Below are positions 32,718 to 41,600 of a stretch of 64,000 nucleotides of DNA, piece by piece. Under the pieces are notes generated by a model that saw only the letters and a list, made by a program, of their open reading frames with translations, was not told the DNA's origin and did not search any database. Position 1 is the stretch's first letter; each line of letters begins with the position of its first letter. The DNA is from an uncultured Chloroflexia bacterium (lineage in GTDB: Bacteria > Chloroflexota > Limnocylindria > Limnocylindrales > CSP1-4), in contig CAVQKO010000014.1 of the NCBI GenBank assembly GCA_963713075.1, forward strand, positions 566,924-630,923. Reading direction: 5' to 3'. The translations under genes were made by a program, and so were the position numbers.

Positions 32718-32887
32718 GGCGCGACCCTGCGGCCGCCCATCGACGGAGGTGCCGCCCGCACGGGATCCATGGGGACTGATACGGCCCTGTCACGGTGGAG
32801 GATCTCCGCCCCTGACGCCGGCGTGTGCGCCCGCGTCGTACCCTCAGCGCCGTAGGCCGAGTCGCCGCTGTGGATCGGAGTCGATGC

Positions 32888-33739
32888 ATGCACCGTCAGA
32901 TCGCCGCGCTCATTGATCGCCAGGCGGGCTGGACCGAGCCGCTCGCGGACAGGGTCCAGCCAGTCCTGGTACGGCTCCTGAACGAGCGGCGACAGGTCAA
33001 GAGCATCCTCAACGGGACGTGGTTCGGCCATCCGGTCCACCCGCTGCTGACCGATGTGCCGACCGGGGCGATGACGGTGGCCGTCCTGCTCGACGCGGCG
33101 GGCCAGGACGCCGGGGCCGACATCGCGGTCGCCGCGGGGATCGCCGGGATGGCGGCCTCGGCGGTCACCGGCGCCGCCGACGCGGTCGACGCCTACGGCC
33201 GGCCGCGCTCGCTCGCCACGGTGCACGCGACGCTCATGGTCGGCAGTCTCTCCGCGTACGCCCTCTCGCTCCTGCTGCGCCTGGGTCCGCGGGCGGGGCG
33301 GCCGCTCGCGCGACTGCTCGCCCTCGCCGGGTACGGGACCCTCACGGCAGGGGCCTACGTCGGGGGCGACCTCGTCTTCCGGGCGGGCCACCAGGTGGAC
33401 CGCCACGCGTTCGAGTCGTCGAGCAGCAAGTGGCGGCCGCTCGACGTGGCCGCAGTGCCGCCCGGCAAGCTCGTCAGGGCGAAGGCCGGGCCTGACGCGA
33501 TCGTGCTCTACCGGGCGGCCGAGGGCGATCCGCTGGTCGCCCTGAGCGCGGTGTGCGCCCACGAGGGGGGACCGCTCGACAAGGGGACGGTCGCCGACGG
33601 CTGCATCGAGTGCCCCTGGCACCGGTCCCGGTTCGAGATCGCCACAGGGCGCGTCCGCCAGGGGCCTGCGGTCTACGACCAGCCGCGGTTCGAGGTGCGC
33701 GAGGCGGACGGCGGCGGGCTGGAGGCGCGGCGCGCCTGA
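32888..33739 (+). CDS. Rieske (2Fe-2S) protein with N-terminal DUF2231-like membrane domain
   Basis: WFGHPVHPLLTDVPTGAMTVAVLLD (DUF2231-like) plus Rieske ligands CAHEGGPL ... CPWHRSRF. Start taken at ATG 32888. Confidence 0.85.
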   Translation: MHRQIAALIDRQAGWTEPLADRVQPVLVRLLNERRQVKSILNGTWFGHPVHPLLTDVPTGAMTVAVLLDAAGQDAGADIAVAAGIAGMAASAVTGAADAVDAYGRPRSLATVHATLMVGSLSAYALSLLLRLGPRAGRPLARLLALAGYGTLTAGAYVGGDLVFRAGHQVDRHAFESSSSKWRPLDVAAVPPGKLVRAKAGPDAIVLYRAAEGDPLVALSAVCAHEGGPLDKGTVADGCIECPWHRSRFEIATGRVRQGPAVYDQPRFEVREADGGGLEARRA

Positions 33740-33830
33740 CATCCCGCACCAGTCGCGGGACGCTCGCGCCGGGCGGCGTCCGCAGCGGCCGCGGGTTGAC
33801 CGATCGCGCTGCGGCGCGCATCGTCCGCGC

Positions 33831-34169
33831 ATGCGTCCCGACCGCCGCCCCGCCGCCCACGAACTGCTCGGCGTGGAGCCCGGCGCCTCGCGCGCCGAGA
33901 TCCGGCGGGCCTATCGGCGTCGCGCGCTCAAGGTCCATCCCGACGTCGCCGGGCGCGACACGACGGCAGAGATGGCGGCGCTCAACGAGGCTCGCGACCA
34001 GCTCCTCGCGCCGACGCCCGGCCGCCGAGCGCGCGATCCAGGTCCCGCCGGCGATCCGGAGCGCCCGCGCCGACGCCGAGCGGCCGAGGAGCCGGCCTTC
34101 AGCCACGCCCCCACCTGGGACGACTACTGGGCCGCCTGGAACGACCCGCCCCGGCGGGAACGTGGCTGA
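33831..34169 (+). CDS. J-domain (DnaJ-like) protein, small
   Basis: HELLGVEPGASRAEIRRAYRRRALKVHPDV with the HPD tripeptide. The remainder is low-complexity. Confidence 0.6.
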   Translation: MRPDRRPAAHELLGVEPGASRAEIRRAYRRRALKVHPDVAGRDTTAEMAALNEARDQLLAPTPGRRARDPGPAGDPERPRRRRAAEEPAFSHAPTWDDYWAAWNDPPRRERG

Positions 34170-34387
34170 CCGCGAGCGTCGACGACCGCCGTCCGGTCCG
34201 ATAGTCCCGTCCGGCCGGACCGACCGGCCCGTGCACGGCCCCGAACCGCAACCGGTCGCCGGGCCCGCCGGCAGGCGCGGGCCGAGCCCGCCTCCCGTAC
34301 CGTCCCACTGCAGGCTCACTGAGCCCTGACAGCGAATCGCGCGCCCGCGTCCCGGCGCATGTTCTGCAACCCGCACGGAGGAAGCAC

Positions 34388-34879
34388 GTGCCCGCCCTGT
34401 ACCGCAAGCCGTCGCCGCCGAGCGACGACAAGCGCTGGAAGATCGTGGACACGCGGATGCGCCGGTTGGGCGACAGGCCGGCGGCGCTGATCGAGGCGCT
34501 CCACGCCGCCCAGGAGGCGTTCGGCTACCTGGACGAGGACGCGCTCCTCTACGTGGGCGACACGCTGGGCGTGCCCCACTCGCGCGTCTACGGCGTGGCG
34601 ACGTTCTACTCGTTCTTCACCCTCAAGCCGCAGGGCGAGCACACCTGCGTCGTGTGCACGGGCACCGCCTGCTACATCAACGGGGCCAAGGACATCCTGA
34701 CCCGGCTGGAGCGGGACCTGGGCGTCAAGCCCAAGCAGACCACGGCGGACAACAAGATCTCCGTCCTCACCGCGCGGTGCCTCGGGGCGTGCAGCCTCGC
34801 GCCCGCGGTCATCGTGGACGGCCAGGTGGCCGGCAAGGTCAACGCGGGCGAGCTCGTCGCCCGGCTGGAGGCGCTGTGA
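34388..34879 (+). CDS. hoxE: Bidirectional NiFe-hydrogenase diaphorase subunit HoxE (NuoE-like 2Fe-2S)
   Basis: 163-aa ORF. GTG start after GGAGGAAG. GVATFYSFF...CVVCTGTACYING...ARCLGACSLAPA. Confidence 0.9.
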   Translation: MPALYRKPSPPSDDKRWKIVDTRMRRLGDRPAALIEALHAAQEAFGYLDEDALLYVGDTLGVPHSRVYGVATFYSFFTLKPQGEHTCVVCTGTACYINGAKDILTRLERDLGVKPKQTTADNKISVLTARCLGACSLAPAVIVDGQVAGKVNAGELVARLEAL

Positions 34880-36531
34880 GCGAGCAGAAGGGCCCGGCCC
34901 GTCCGATCCGGCGCCGCGAGCTGACCGAGGGGATCGACGGCGGGCCCGTCCGCGCTCACGCGTACGTGTGCGAGGCGGCCTCGTGCATGTCGCTCCAATC
35001 GCACGACATCACGCTGGGCCTGGGCGAGGCCGCTGCCGAGGCCGGCATGACCGACGTGCTGGTGAAGCGTGTCGGCTGCATGGGCCTGTGCGCCGCCGGG
35101 CCGCTGGTCAGGATCCCGGAGACGGACCAGCTGTTCACCGCGGTCGAGCCGGGCGAGGTGGCGCCGATCGTCAGCGCCCTCGGGGCCGTGCAGCCCGGTG
35201 CCCAGCAGCAGCCCCTGGGCCCGTTCTTCGAGCGCCAGGTCCGCGTGGTCACCGAGAACTTCGGCGAGATCGATCCGGAGAGCCTCGAGGACTACGTGGC
35301 GCGGGGCGGCTACGAGGCCCTCCAGCGGGTCCTCGCCGAGTTGACCTCCACCGAGGTCCGCGAGGAGATCACCAAGTCCGGCCTGCGGGGCCGAGGCGGC
35401 GCGGGCTACCCCACCGGCCTCAAGTGGACGACCGTCGCGAAGGCGGCCGGGACCCAGAAGTACGTGATCTGCAACGCCGACGAGGGCGACCCGGGCGCGT
35501 TCATGGACCGCTCGGTGCTCGAGAGCGACCCCTTCCGGGTCCTCGAGGGCATGGCGATCGCGGCGTTCGCCGTCCACGCCACCGAGGGCTACGTCTACTG
35601 CCGGGCAGAGTACCCGCTCGCGGTGGCCCGGCTGCGCTCGGCGATCCGCCAGGCGCAGCGCGCTGGCTTCCTGGGCCAGGGGATCGCGGACACGTCCTTC
35701 ACGTTCGACGTGCAGATCCGGCTCGGCGCGGGTGCGTTCGTCTGCGGCGAGGAGACGGCGCTCATCGCCTCGGTGGAGGGCAAGCGCGGCAATCCGCGGC
35801 CCCGGCCGCCGTACCCGGCGGTGGATGGCCTGTTCGGCTGCCCCACGCTGATCAACAACGTCGAGTCGTTCGCCAACGTGCCGGCCATCCTGCGCAAGGG
35901 CAGCGACTGGTACGCGGGCCTGGGCGAGGGCAAGAGCAAGGGCACCAAGGTGTTCGCGCTCGCCGGGCGCATCGTGAACACGGGCCTCGTCGAGGTCCCC
36001 ATGGGGATGAGCCTGCGCGAGATCGTCTACGACATCGGCGGCGGGATCATCGGCGGGCGGCCGTTCAAGGCCGTCCAGACCGGCGGCCCGTCGGGCGGCT
36101 GCATCCCCGCCCAGTTCCTCGACATGCCCATGACCTACGAGTCGCTGATCGAGGTGGGCTCGTTCATGGGCTCGGGCGGCCTGATCGTCATGGACGACAC
36201 GTCGTGCATGGTGGACGTGGCCAAGTACTTCATGGACTTCTGCCGCGACGAGTCCTGCGGCAAGTGCGTGCCGTGCCGCGTGGGCACCACCCAGATGTGG
36301 ATGCTGCTCGACAGGATCACGCGCGGCAGGGCCGACCTCGTGGACCTCGCGCAGCTGGAGCGGCTGGCCGGCGTCGTCCAGCGGATGAGCCTGTGCGGCC
36401 TGGGGCAGGGTGCGCCCAACCCGATCTTCTCCACGCTCCGCTACTTCCGGGACGAGTACATGGCCCACATCGAGGAGCGGCGGTGCCCCGCCGGCGTCTG
36501 CGAGATCGAGCCCGCGGAGGTTCCGGCATGA
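34876..36531 (+). CDS. hoxF: Diaphorase subunit HoxF (NuoF-like, NAD/FMN/4Fe-4S)
   Basis: GTG start overlaps the hoxE stop (GTGA). GRGGAGYPTGLKW, ICNADEGDPGAFMDR and ESCGKCVPCRVG motifs, plus an N-terminal thioredoxin-like 2Fe-2S part. Confidence 0.92.
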   Translation: MSEQKGPARPIRRRELTEGIDGGPVRAHAYVCEAASCMSLQSHDITLGLGEAAAEAGMTDVLVKRVGCMGLCAAGPLVRIPETDQLFTAVEPGEVAPIVSALGAVQPGAQQQPLGPFFERQVRVVTENFGEIDPESLEDYVARGGYEALQRVLAELTSTEVREEITKSGLRGRGGAGYPTGLKWTTVAKAAGTQKYVICNADEGDPGAFMDRSVLESDPFRVLEGMAIAAFAVHATEGYVYCRAEYPLAVARLRSAIRQAQRAGFLGQGIADTSFTFDVQIRLGAGAFVCGEETALIASVEGKRGNPRPRPPYPAVDGLFGCPTLINNVESFANVPAILRKGSDWYAGLGEGKSKGTKVFALAGRIVNTGLVEVPMGMSLREIVYDIGGGIIGGRPFKAVQTGGPSGGCIPAQFLDMPMTYESLIEVGSFMGSGGLIVMDDTSCMVDVAKYFMDFCRDESCGKCVPCRVGTTQMWMLLDRITRGRADLVDLAQLERLAGVVQRMSLCGLGQGAPNPIFSTLRYFRDEYMAHIEERRCPAGVCEIEPAEVPA

Positions 36532-37244
36532 GCAACGTCTACACGCTGACCATCGACGGCCGCGACGTGGCCGGGAACGAGGGCCAGACGATCATGGAGG
36601 TGGCCGAGGAGAACGGGATCGACATCCCGGGCCTGTGCCACCTGCCGGGCATCCACGACCGGGGCGCCTGCCGCCTGTGCGTCGTCGAGATCGAGGGCTC
36701 GCCCAAGCTCGCCGCGGCCTGCGTCACGCAGATCGCGGAGGGGATGCACGTCACGGCGCACTCGGACACGCTCCTCGAGTACCGGCGCGCGGCGACCGAG
36801 ATGATCTTCCTCGAGCGCAACCACGTGTGCGCCGTGTGCGTCGCCAACAACCACTGCGAGCTGCAGGAGCTCGCAGACGACCTCCGCATCACGCACTTCG
36901 AGCTGCCGCGCATCAGCCCGTCGGTTGACGTCGACGCCAGCCACAAGCTGTTCGCGATCGACCACAACCGCTGCATCCTGTGCCTGCGCTGCGTGCGCGT
37001 CTGCGACGAGATCGAGGGCGCCCACACCTGGGACGTCATGCACCGCGGCCTCGAGACCCGCGTCCAGACGGACATGGGCATCCCGTGGGGGGAATCGCCC
37101 ACGTGCACCAGCTGCGGCAAGTGCGTCCAGGTGTGCCCGACCGGCGCCCTGTTCGAGAAGGGCAGGCCCGTCGCAGCCGGGTCCAAGACCAAGCGGCCGT
37201 TCCTGCCCTGGCTGCGGGTCCACCAGGAGGAGCGGGGGCTGTGA
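36528..37244 (+). CDS. hoxU: Diaphorase subunit HoxU (NuoG N-terminal-like Fe-S protein)
   Basis: ATGA overlap with hoxF. MSNVYTLTIDGRDV..., CRLCVVEI, CILCLRCVRVC, CTSCGKCVQVCP. Confidence 0.92.
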   Translation: MSNVYTLTIDGRDVAGNEGQTIMEVAEENGIDIPGLCHLPGIHDRGACRLCVVEIEGSPKLAAACVTQIAEGMHVTAHSDTLLEYRRAATEMIFLERNHVCAVCVANNHCELQELADDLRITHFELPRISPSVDVDASHKLFAIDHNRCILCLRCVRVCDEIEGAHTWDVMHRGLETRVQTDMGIPWGESPTCTSCGKCVQVCPTGALFEKGRPVAAGSKTKRPFLPWLRVHQEERGL

Positions 37245-37772
37245 GCAAGCCGCGTGTCGCCACCGTCTGGCTCGACGGCTGCTCGGGCTGCCACATGAGC
37301 CTCATCGACCTCGACGAGCGGCTGCTCGACATCTTCAGCCGGGCCGACCTCGTCTACGGGCCGCTCGTGGACGTCAAGGAGTTCCCGGAGGACGTGGACG
37401 TCTGCCTCGTCGAGGGCGCCGTCTCGTCCGAGGACGACCTCGAGCGGATCAAGATCGTGCGCGAGCGGACGAAGGTGCTGGTCGCGTTCGGCGACTGCGC
37501 CGTCACGTCCAACGTGCCGGGGATGCGGAACCCGATCGGCGTGCAGCCGCTCCTCGAGCGGGCCTACATCGAGAACGTGGACATCAACCCGATGGTCCCC
37601 GACCGGGTCATCCCGCAGCTGCTGCCCGACCTCCCAGCCGGTCAACCGGTTCGTGGATGTGGACGTGTTCCTGCCGGGATGCCCGCCCCACGCCGACCTG
37701 ATCTACACCCTGCTCGACGACCTCCTGTCCGGCCGGACCCCCGAGGTCTCGGGCGCCCGGTTCGGGCGCTGA
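37241..37772 (+). pseudogene. hoxY: NiFe-hydrogenase small subunit hoxY, interrupted by a 1-nt frameshift in this sequence
   Basis: GTGA overlap with hoxU. Frame A gives VSKPRVATVWLDGCSGCHMS...FGDCAV...VIPQLLPDLP and then junk with no stop for 2 kb. The +1 frame continues QPVNRFVDVDVFLPGCPPHADLIYTLLDDLLSGRTPEVSGARFGR and stops at 37770-37772, 18 nt before the hoxH ATG. The span is 532 nt (3n+1). The shift maps to the CCC run at 37633-37635. Confidence 0.8.
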
Positions 37773-37790
37773 GGCGAGAAGGAGGCCGTC

Positions 37791-39212
37791 ATGAGCCAGA
37801 CCATCGTCATCGACCCGGTCACCCGGATCGAGGGCCACTCCAAGATCACCATCCAGCTCGACGATCGCGGCGAGGTCGTGGACGCGCACTTCCACGTGAC
37901 CCAGTTCCGCGGCTTCGAGCGGATCACGCAGGGGCGGCCGGTCCACGAGATGCCGGCGCTGATGGCCCGCATCTGCGGCATCTGCCCGGTGAGCCACCTG
38001 ATCGCGAGCTCCAAGGCCGTCGACGACATCATGGCCGTCGAGCCCACGCCCACCGGCGCCGACCTTCGGCGCGTGATGAACCTCGGCCAGATCGTCCAGA
38101 GCAACGCGCTCTCGTTCTTCCACCTGTCGTCGCCCGACCTGCTGTTCGGCTTCGACGGCGACCCGGCGATGCGCAACATCGTGGGGGTGGCGCAGGCGAA
38201 CCCGGCGCTCGCGAGGGACGGCATCGGCCTGCGCAAGTGGGGCCAGCAGATCATCGAGTGGCTCGGCGGCAAGCGGATCCACCCCGAGGGCATCGTCCCC
38301 GGCGGCGTGGCGTTCCAGCTCACCGCCGACGTCCGCGACCGGATCCTCGCCGGCGTCCCCGAGGCGATCGCCGCCACCGAGCGCGCCATCGCCTGGTACA
38401 AGAGCGACATGCTGCGCTGGGAGGAGGAGGCGGCCAGCTTCGGCAACTTCCGCTCGGCGTTCATGGGCCTCGTCGACCGCCAGGGCAACGTCGACCACTA
38501 CGGCGGCTGGATCCGCGTCATCGACGCGGACGGCCACCTCCTCGCCGACAAGGTCGATCCGCAGACCTTCAACGAGTACATCGGCGAGGCCGTCGAGCCC
38601 TGGTCGTACCTCAAGTCCACGTTCTGGAAGCCGATGGGCTACCCGGACGGGATCTACCGCGTGGGGCCGCTCGCCCGGCTCAACGTCGCGGAGAAGACCG
38701 GCACGCCGCGCGCCGACGAGGAGCTGGAGAAGTTCCGCTGGCGCGTGGGGCGGGTGGCGGGCTCCTCCTTCCACTACCACTACGCGCGCCTCATCGACAC
38801 GCTCCACGCCATCGAGAAGGTGGAGGAGCTGCTGCGCGGCCCCGACATCCTCTCGCCGCACGTCCGGTCCGAGGCGGGCATCAACCGCCGCGAGGGGATC
38901 GGCGTGTCGGAGGCGCCGCGGGGCACCCTGATGCACCACTACAAGGTGGACGGCGACGGGATCGTGCAGTGGGTGAACCTGGTCATCGCCACCGGGCACA
39001 ACAACATGGCCATGAACCGGGCGGTCCTGCAGGTCGCGCGCAAGCACGTCAAGGCGGACCGGCTCGAGGAGTCGATGCTCAACCGGGTCGAGGCGGTCAT
39101 CCGCTGCTACGACCCGTGCCTCTCGTGCTCCACGCACGCGCTCGGGCAGATGGCGCTCCGGGTCCAGCTGCTCGCGCCCGGCGGCGAGGTCCTGTCCGAG
39201 CTCGTGCGGTGA
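37791..39212 (+). CDS. hoxH: NiFe-hydrogenase large subunit HoxH (group 3-type)
   Basis: 473-aa ORF with an AGGAGG RBS. N-terminal RICGICPVSH and C-terminal DPCLSCSTH Ni-Fe ligand motifs, followed by a C-terminal extension for protease cleavage. Confidence 0.95.
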   Translation: MSQTIVIDPVTRIEGHSKITIQLDDRGEVVDAHFHVTQFRGFERITQGRPVHEMPALMARICGICPVSHLIASSKAVDDIMAVEPTPTGADLRRVMNLGQIVQSNALSFFHLSSPDLLFGFDGDPAMRNIVGVAQANPALARDGIGLRKWGQQIIEWLGGKRIHPEGIVPGGVAFQLTADVRDRILAGVPEAIAATERAIAWYKSDMLRWEEEAASFGNFRSAFMGLVDRQGNVDHYGGWIRVIDADGHLLADKVDPQTFNEYIGEAVEPWSYLKSTFWKPMGYPDGIYRVGPLARLNVAEKTGTPRADEELEKFRWRVGRVAGSSFHYHYARLIDTLHAIEKVEELLRGPDILSPHVRSEAGINRREGIGVSEAPRGTLMHHYKVDGDGIVQWVNLVIATGHNNMAMNRAVLQVARKHVKADRLEESMLNRVEAVIRCYDPCLSCSTHALGQMALRVQLLAPGGEVLSELVR

Positions 39213-39811
39213 CGGCTCTGCAGCCTGCGCGCGAGGCGGTCCCGGCGGACGGTGGGGGACCCGCAGCCGGTGGGGGACCGGCAGCGGGCGTCCTCGTCGT
39301 GGGCTACGGCAACCCGCTGCGCTCCGACGACGGCGTCGGGCCGGTGGTGGCGGAGCGCCTCGCCGGCGACCCCCGGCTCCGCGGGGCCGACATCCGAGCC
39401 GAGCACCAGCTGACCCCGGAGCTCGCGATGGACGCCAGCCGGGTGCGCCTGCTCGTCCTCGTCGACGCCGACGGCGCCGTCGCGCCGGGGGTGGTGGTGG
39501 TCCGCAGGCTGGCCGCCCCGGGCCGGGCGGCGGCCGCGGGGCGGGGAGCGTCGGGCCGCAACGAGGAGGGCGGCCTGCCGCTCACGCACCATGTGGACCC
39601 GGCGTCGCTGCTCGGCCTCGCCGCCGAGCTGTGGGGCGTGGCGCCAGAGGCGGTCGTGGTGGGCGTCGGACCGGCGAGCCTCGATCTCGGCGACCAGCTC
39701 ACGCCGGAGGTCGCGGCGGCGGTGCCGCGTGCGGTCGATGCGGTCGCGGACGCGGTGGCCGCTGCCGTCCCGGCCAGGGCCGCCCGCGAGGGCGGGGCAG
39801 GGGAGGGCTGA
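39209..39811 (+). CDS. hoxW: Hydrogenase maturation endopeptidase (HoxW/HycI family)
   Basis: GTGA overlap with hoxH. VLVVGYGNPLRSDDGVGP...LVLVDA...THH. The N-terminal 27 aa include an imperfect 18-nt tandem repeat (GGGPAAGGGPAAG), so the true start may be further downstream. Confidence 0.8.
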   Translation: MTALQPAREAVPADGGGPAAGGGPAAGVLVVGYGNPLRSDDGVGPVVAERLAGDPRLRGADIRAEHQLTPELAMDASRVRLLVLVDADGAVAPGVVVVRRLAAPGRAAAAGRGASGRNEEGGLPLTHHVDPASLLGLAAELWGVAPEAVVVGVGPASLDLGDQLTPEVAAAVPRAVDAVADAVAAAVPARAAREGGAGEG

Positions 39812-39812
39812 C

Positions 39813-40154
39813 GTGCACGAGGTCGGGATGGTGGCCCAGCTGCTCGAGGCGGCGACCGCGCACTCGGGCGGGGCGCCCGTGGAGCTCGTGCGGATCCGCC
39901 ACGCGAGCACGGTGCCGGAGGACGTGTTGCGACAGGCGTTCACGATGCTCACGGCCGACGGGCCGATGGCCGCCGCCCGGCTGGAGACCGAGCCGTTCGA
40001 GGTCCGGCTCGCGTGCCCCTGCGGCTTCGACGGCGCGCTCGAGCATGACGACGTCATCGGCCCGGGCCAGGCGGTCTGTCCCGCCTGCGGCGACTTCCGG
40101 ACCTTTCCGCCGACGCCGGAGCTCGAGCTCGTCGAGGTCCGCCGGGCCACCTGA
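39813..40154 (+). CDS. hypA: Hydrogenase nickel-insertion protein HypA
   Basis: GTG start after GGGGAGGG. VHEVGMVAQLLEAA (the MHE-type N-terminus with V at position 1) and zinc site CPCG...CPACG. Confidence 0.8.
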   Translation: MHEVGMVAQLLEAATAHSGGAPVELVRIRHASTVPEDVLRQAFTMLTADGPMAAARLETEPFEVRLACPCGFDGALEHDDVIGPGQAVCPACGDFRTFPPTPELELVEVRRAT

Positions 40155-40460
40155 CGCGCCGCCGGCGGACGGCGACACAACGAGGACCCGGGCGGTGCCA
40201 GCCCGCACCGCAGATCTGCGAATCGCGTAGGCGCGGGCAGCGGGTTGACCGCACAATCGGTCCCGCTCCCCGGCCAGGACCTCCAGACCGGGGCGGCACC
40301 CGGGGGCCGGCGATCGCGACCGATCGACGCATGGATGTGCCCCCACGCGCCGTTTTGCGCGGTCCCGGCCCACCGGTTCGGCCCCGGCCGGCCGGCCCGG
40401 CGCCCCTTTCCTCGCCGCCTCGGCCTCGCCGCGCGGCCCGTCCCGTGGCAACGTAGGGGC

Positions 40461-41147
40461 ATGGCCCGCACGCGTGCACCGCTGCCACCGGAGACCTCGC
40501 TCTACGCGCCCGTCAAGGCGCTGCTCGAGGCGCAGGGCTATGAGGTCAAGGCCGAGGTCAACGGCTGCGACGTCGTGGCCGTGCGCGGCGACGAGCCGCC
40601 CGTGATCGTGGAGCTCAAGCGGACGTTCGGGCTGGGCGTGGTCCTCCAGGGGATCGACCGGCTCGCCATGACCGACGCGGTGTACCTCGCGGTCGGTGCG
40701 TGGCCGGCACGGTCCGACGACGTCCGGCGGCTCCTCCGCCGGCTCGGGCTCGGCCTGATCGTGGTGGCGCACGGGCACGCAGACGTGGTGGTCGACCCGA
40801 CGCCCTATGCGCCCCGCCGCAACCGTCGCCGTGCGGGGCGGCTGCTCCTCGAGCACCAGCGCCGCACCGGCGACCCGAACACCGGCGGCTCCACGCGGCA
40901 GCCCATCATGACCGCCTACCGACAGGAGGCGGAGCGGTGCCTCGGGCACTTGGCCACCGGCCCGACCTCGCTGCGCCTGCTCCGCGCGGCCGGCGACGTC
41001 CCCCACGCCCCGTCGATCCTGCGCGCCGACGTGTACGGATGGTTCGAGCGTGCCGAGCGCGGCGTCTACCGCCTCACGCCGAAGGGCGAGCGCGCCCTGG
41101 CCGAGCACCTCGCGCGGGCGGGGCAGGCGGGCCCGGGACGGCCCTGA
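40461..41147 (+). CDS. DUF2161-like protein with PD-(D/E)xK nuclease-type motif and C-terminal winged-helix-like region
   Basis: LYAPVKALLEAQGYEVKAEVNGCDVVAVRGDEPPVIVELK (D...ELK pattern). Start taken at ATG 40461; the upstream part of the track ORF is Arg/Pro junk. Confidence 0.75.
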   Translation: MARTRAPLPPETSLYAPVKALLEAQGYEVKAEVNGCDVVAVRGDEPPVIVELKRTFGLGVVLQGIDRLAMTDAVYLAVGAWPARSDDVRRLLRRLGLGLIVVAHGHADVVVDPTPYAPRRNRRRAGRLLLEHQRRTGDPNTGGSTRQPIMTAYRQEAERCLGHLATGPTSLRLLRAAGDVPHAPSILRADVYGWFERAERGVYRLTPKGERALAEHLARAGQAGPGRP

Positions 41148-41324
41148 GGACTGGTCGTGACCGCACCTCGGGGCACCCCTGGACCCCGATTGGTACCACC
41201 GGGTTACCGAGAGTACGGGTTGTCCGAAGCGCCCCCAACTCCGACACTCCCACCAGTAGCGAGCCGGACCGCACCGAAGTGCCCTCCACGCATCCGCCCG
41301 GCTCCGGCATGAAGGAACCCCTCC

Positions 41325-41519
41325 ATGGCGTCAATGGCCATCAACGACCTCGGGCCCATGCTCACCGCGAGCGAAGTGGCCGAGATGCTCCACCTCCACG
41401 TCAACACCGTGAAGCGGCTCGGCGACCGCGGCGAGCTGCCGTACTACCGCGTCTGCAAGCGGGGCGACCGCCGCTTCCGGCTCGAGGACGTCATGCAGTT
41501 CCTGGCCCGGAACCGCTGA
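41325..41519 (+). CDS. Excisionase/MerR-family helix-turn-helix DNA-binding protein (64 aa)
   Basis: MLTASEVAEMLHLHVNTVKRLGDRGELPYYRV...RRFRLEDV is typical of HTH_17/Xis-type domains. Confidence 0.8.
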   Translation: MASMAINDLGPMLTASEVAEMLHLHVNTVKRLGDRGELPYYRVCKRGDRRFRLEDVMQFLARNR

Positions 41520-41544
41520 CCCGTTCCTTCCCGGGAGGGCAGCC

Positions 41545-41575
41545 GCGGGCGGTCTGGCGCGTGCCGGCCGCCCGC
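41545..41575. terminator. GC-rich hairpin between convergent genes (possible bidirectional terminator)
   Basis: GCGGGCGG (41545-41552) pairs with CCGCCCGC (41568-41575), followed by TTCGATT. Confidence 0.35.
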
Positions 41576-41600
41576 TTCGATTCCCCGAGGCTGGACCGCA

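Noticed and set aside
37625-37645. Programmed +1 ribosomal frameshift in hoxY
   Set aside because: The site (GAC CTC CCA GCC) has no slippery codon plus stall-codon arrangement of the prfB type, because no tRNA can re-pair in the +1 frame, and there is no upstream SD-like stimulator. A 1-nt indel (sequencing error or mutation) is far more likely.
36980-39811. 943-aa plus-strand ORF spanning hoxU to hoxW
   Set aside because: It is a composite. Only 37241 to about 37635 (the hoxY N-terminal part) and 39209-39811 (hoxW) are genuine coding sequence in this frame. The stretch between them is out of frame relative to hoxH and reads as Arg/Pro junk. The frame stays open only because stop codons are rare at this GC content.
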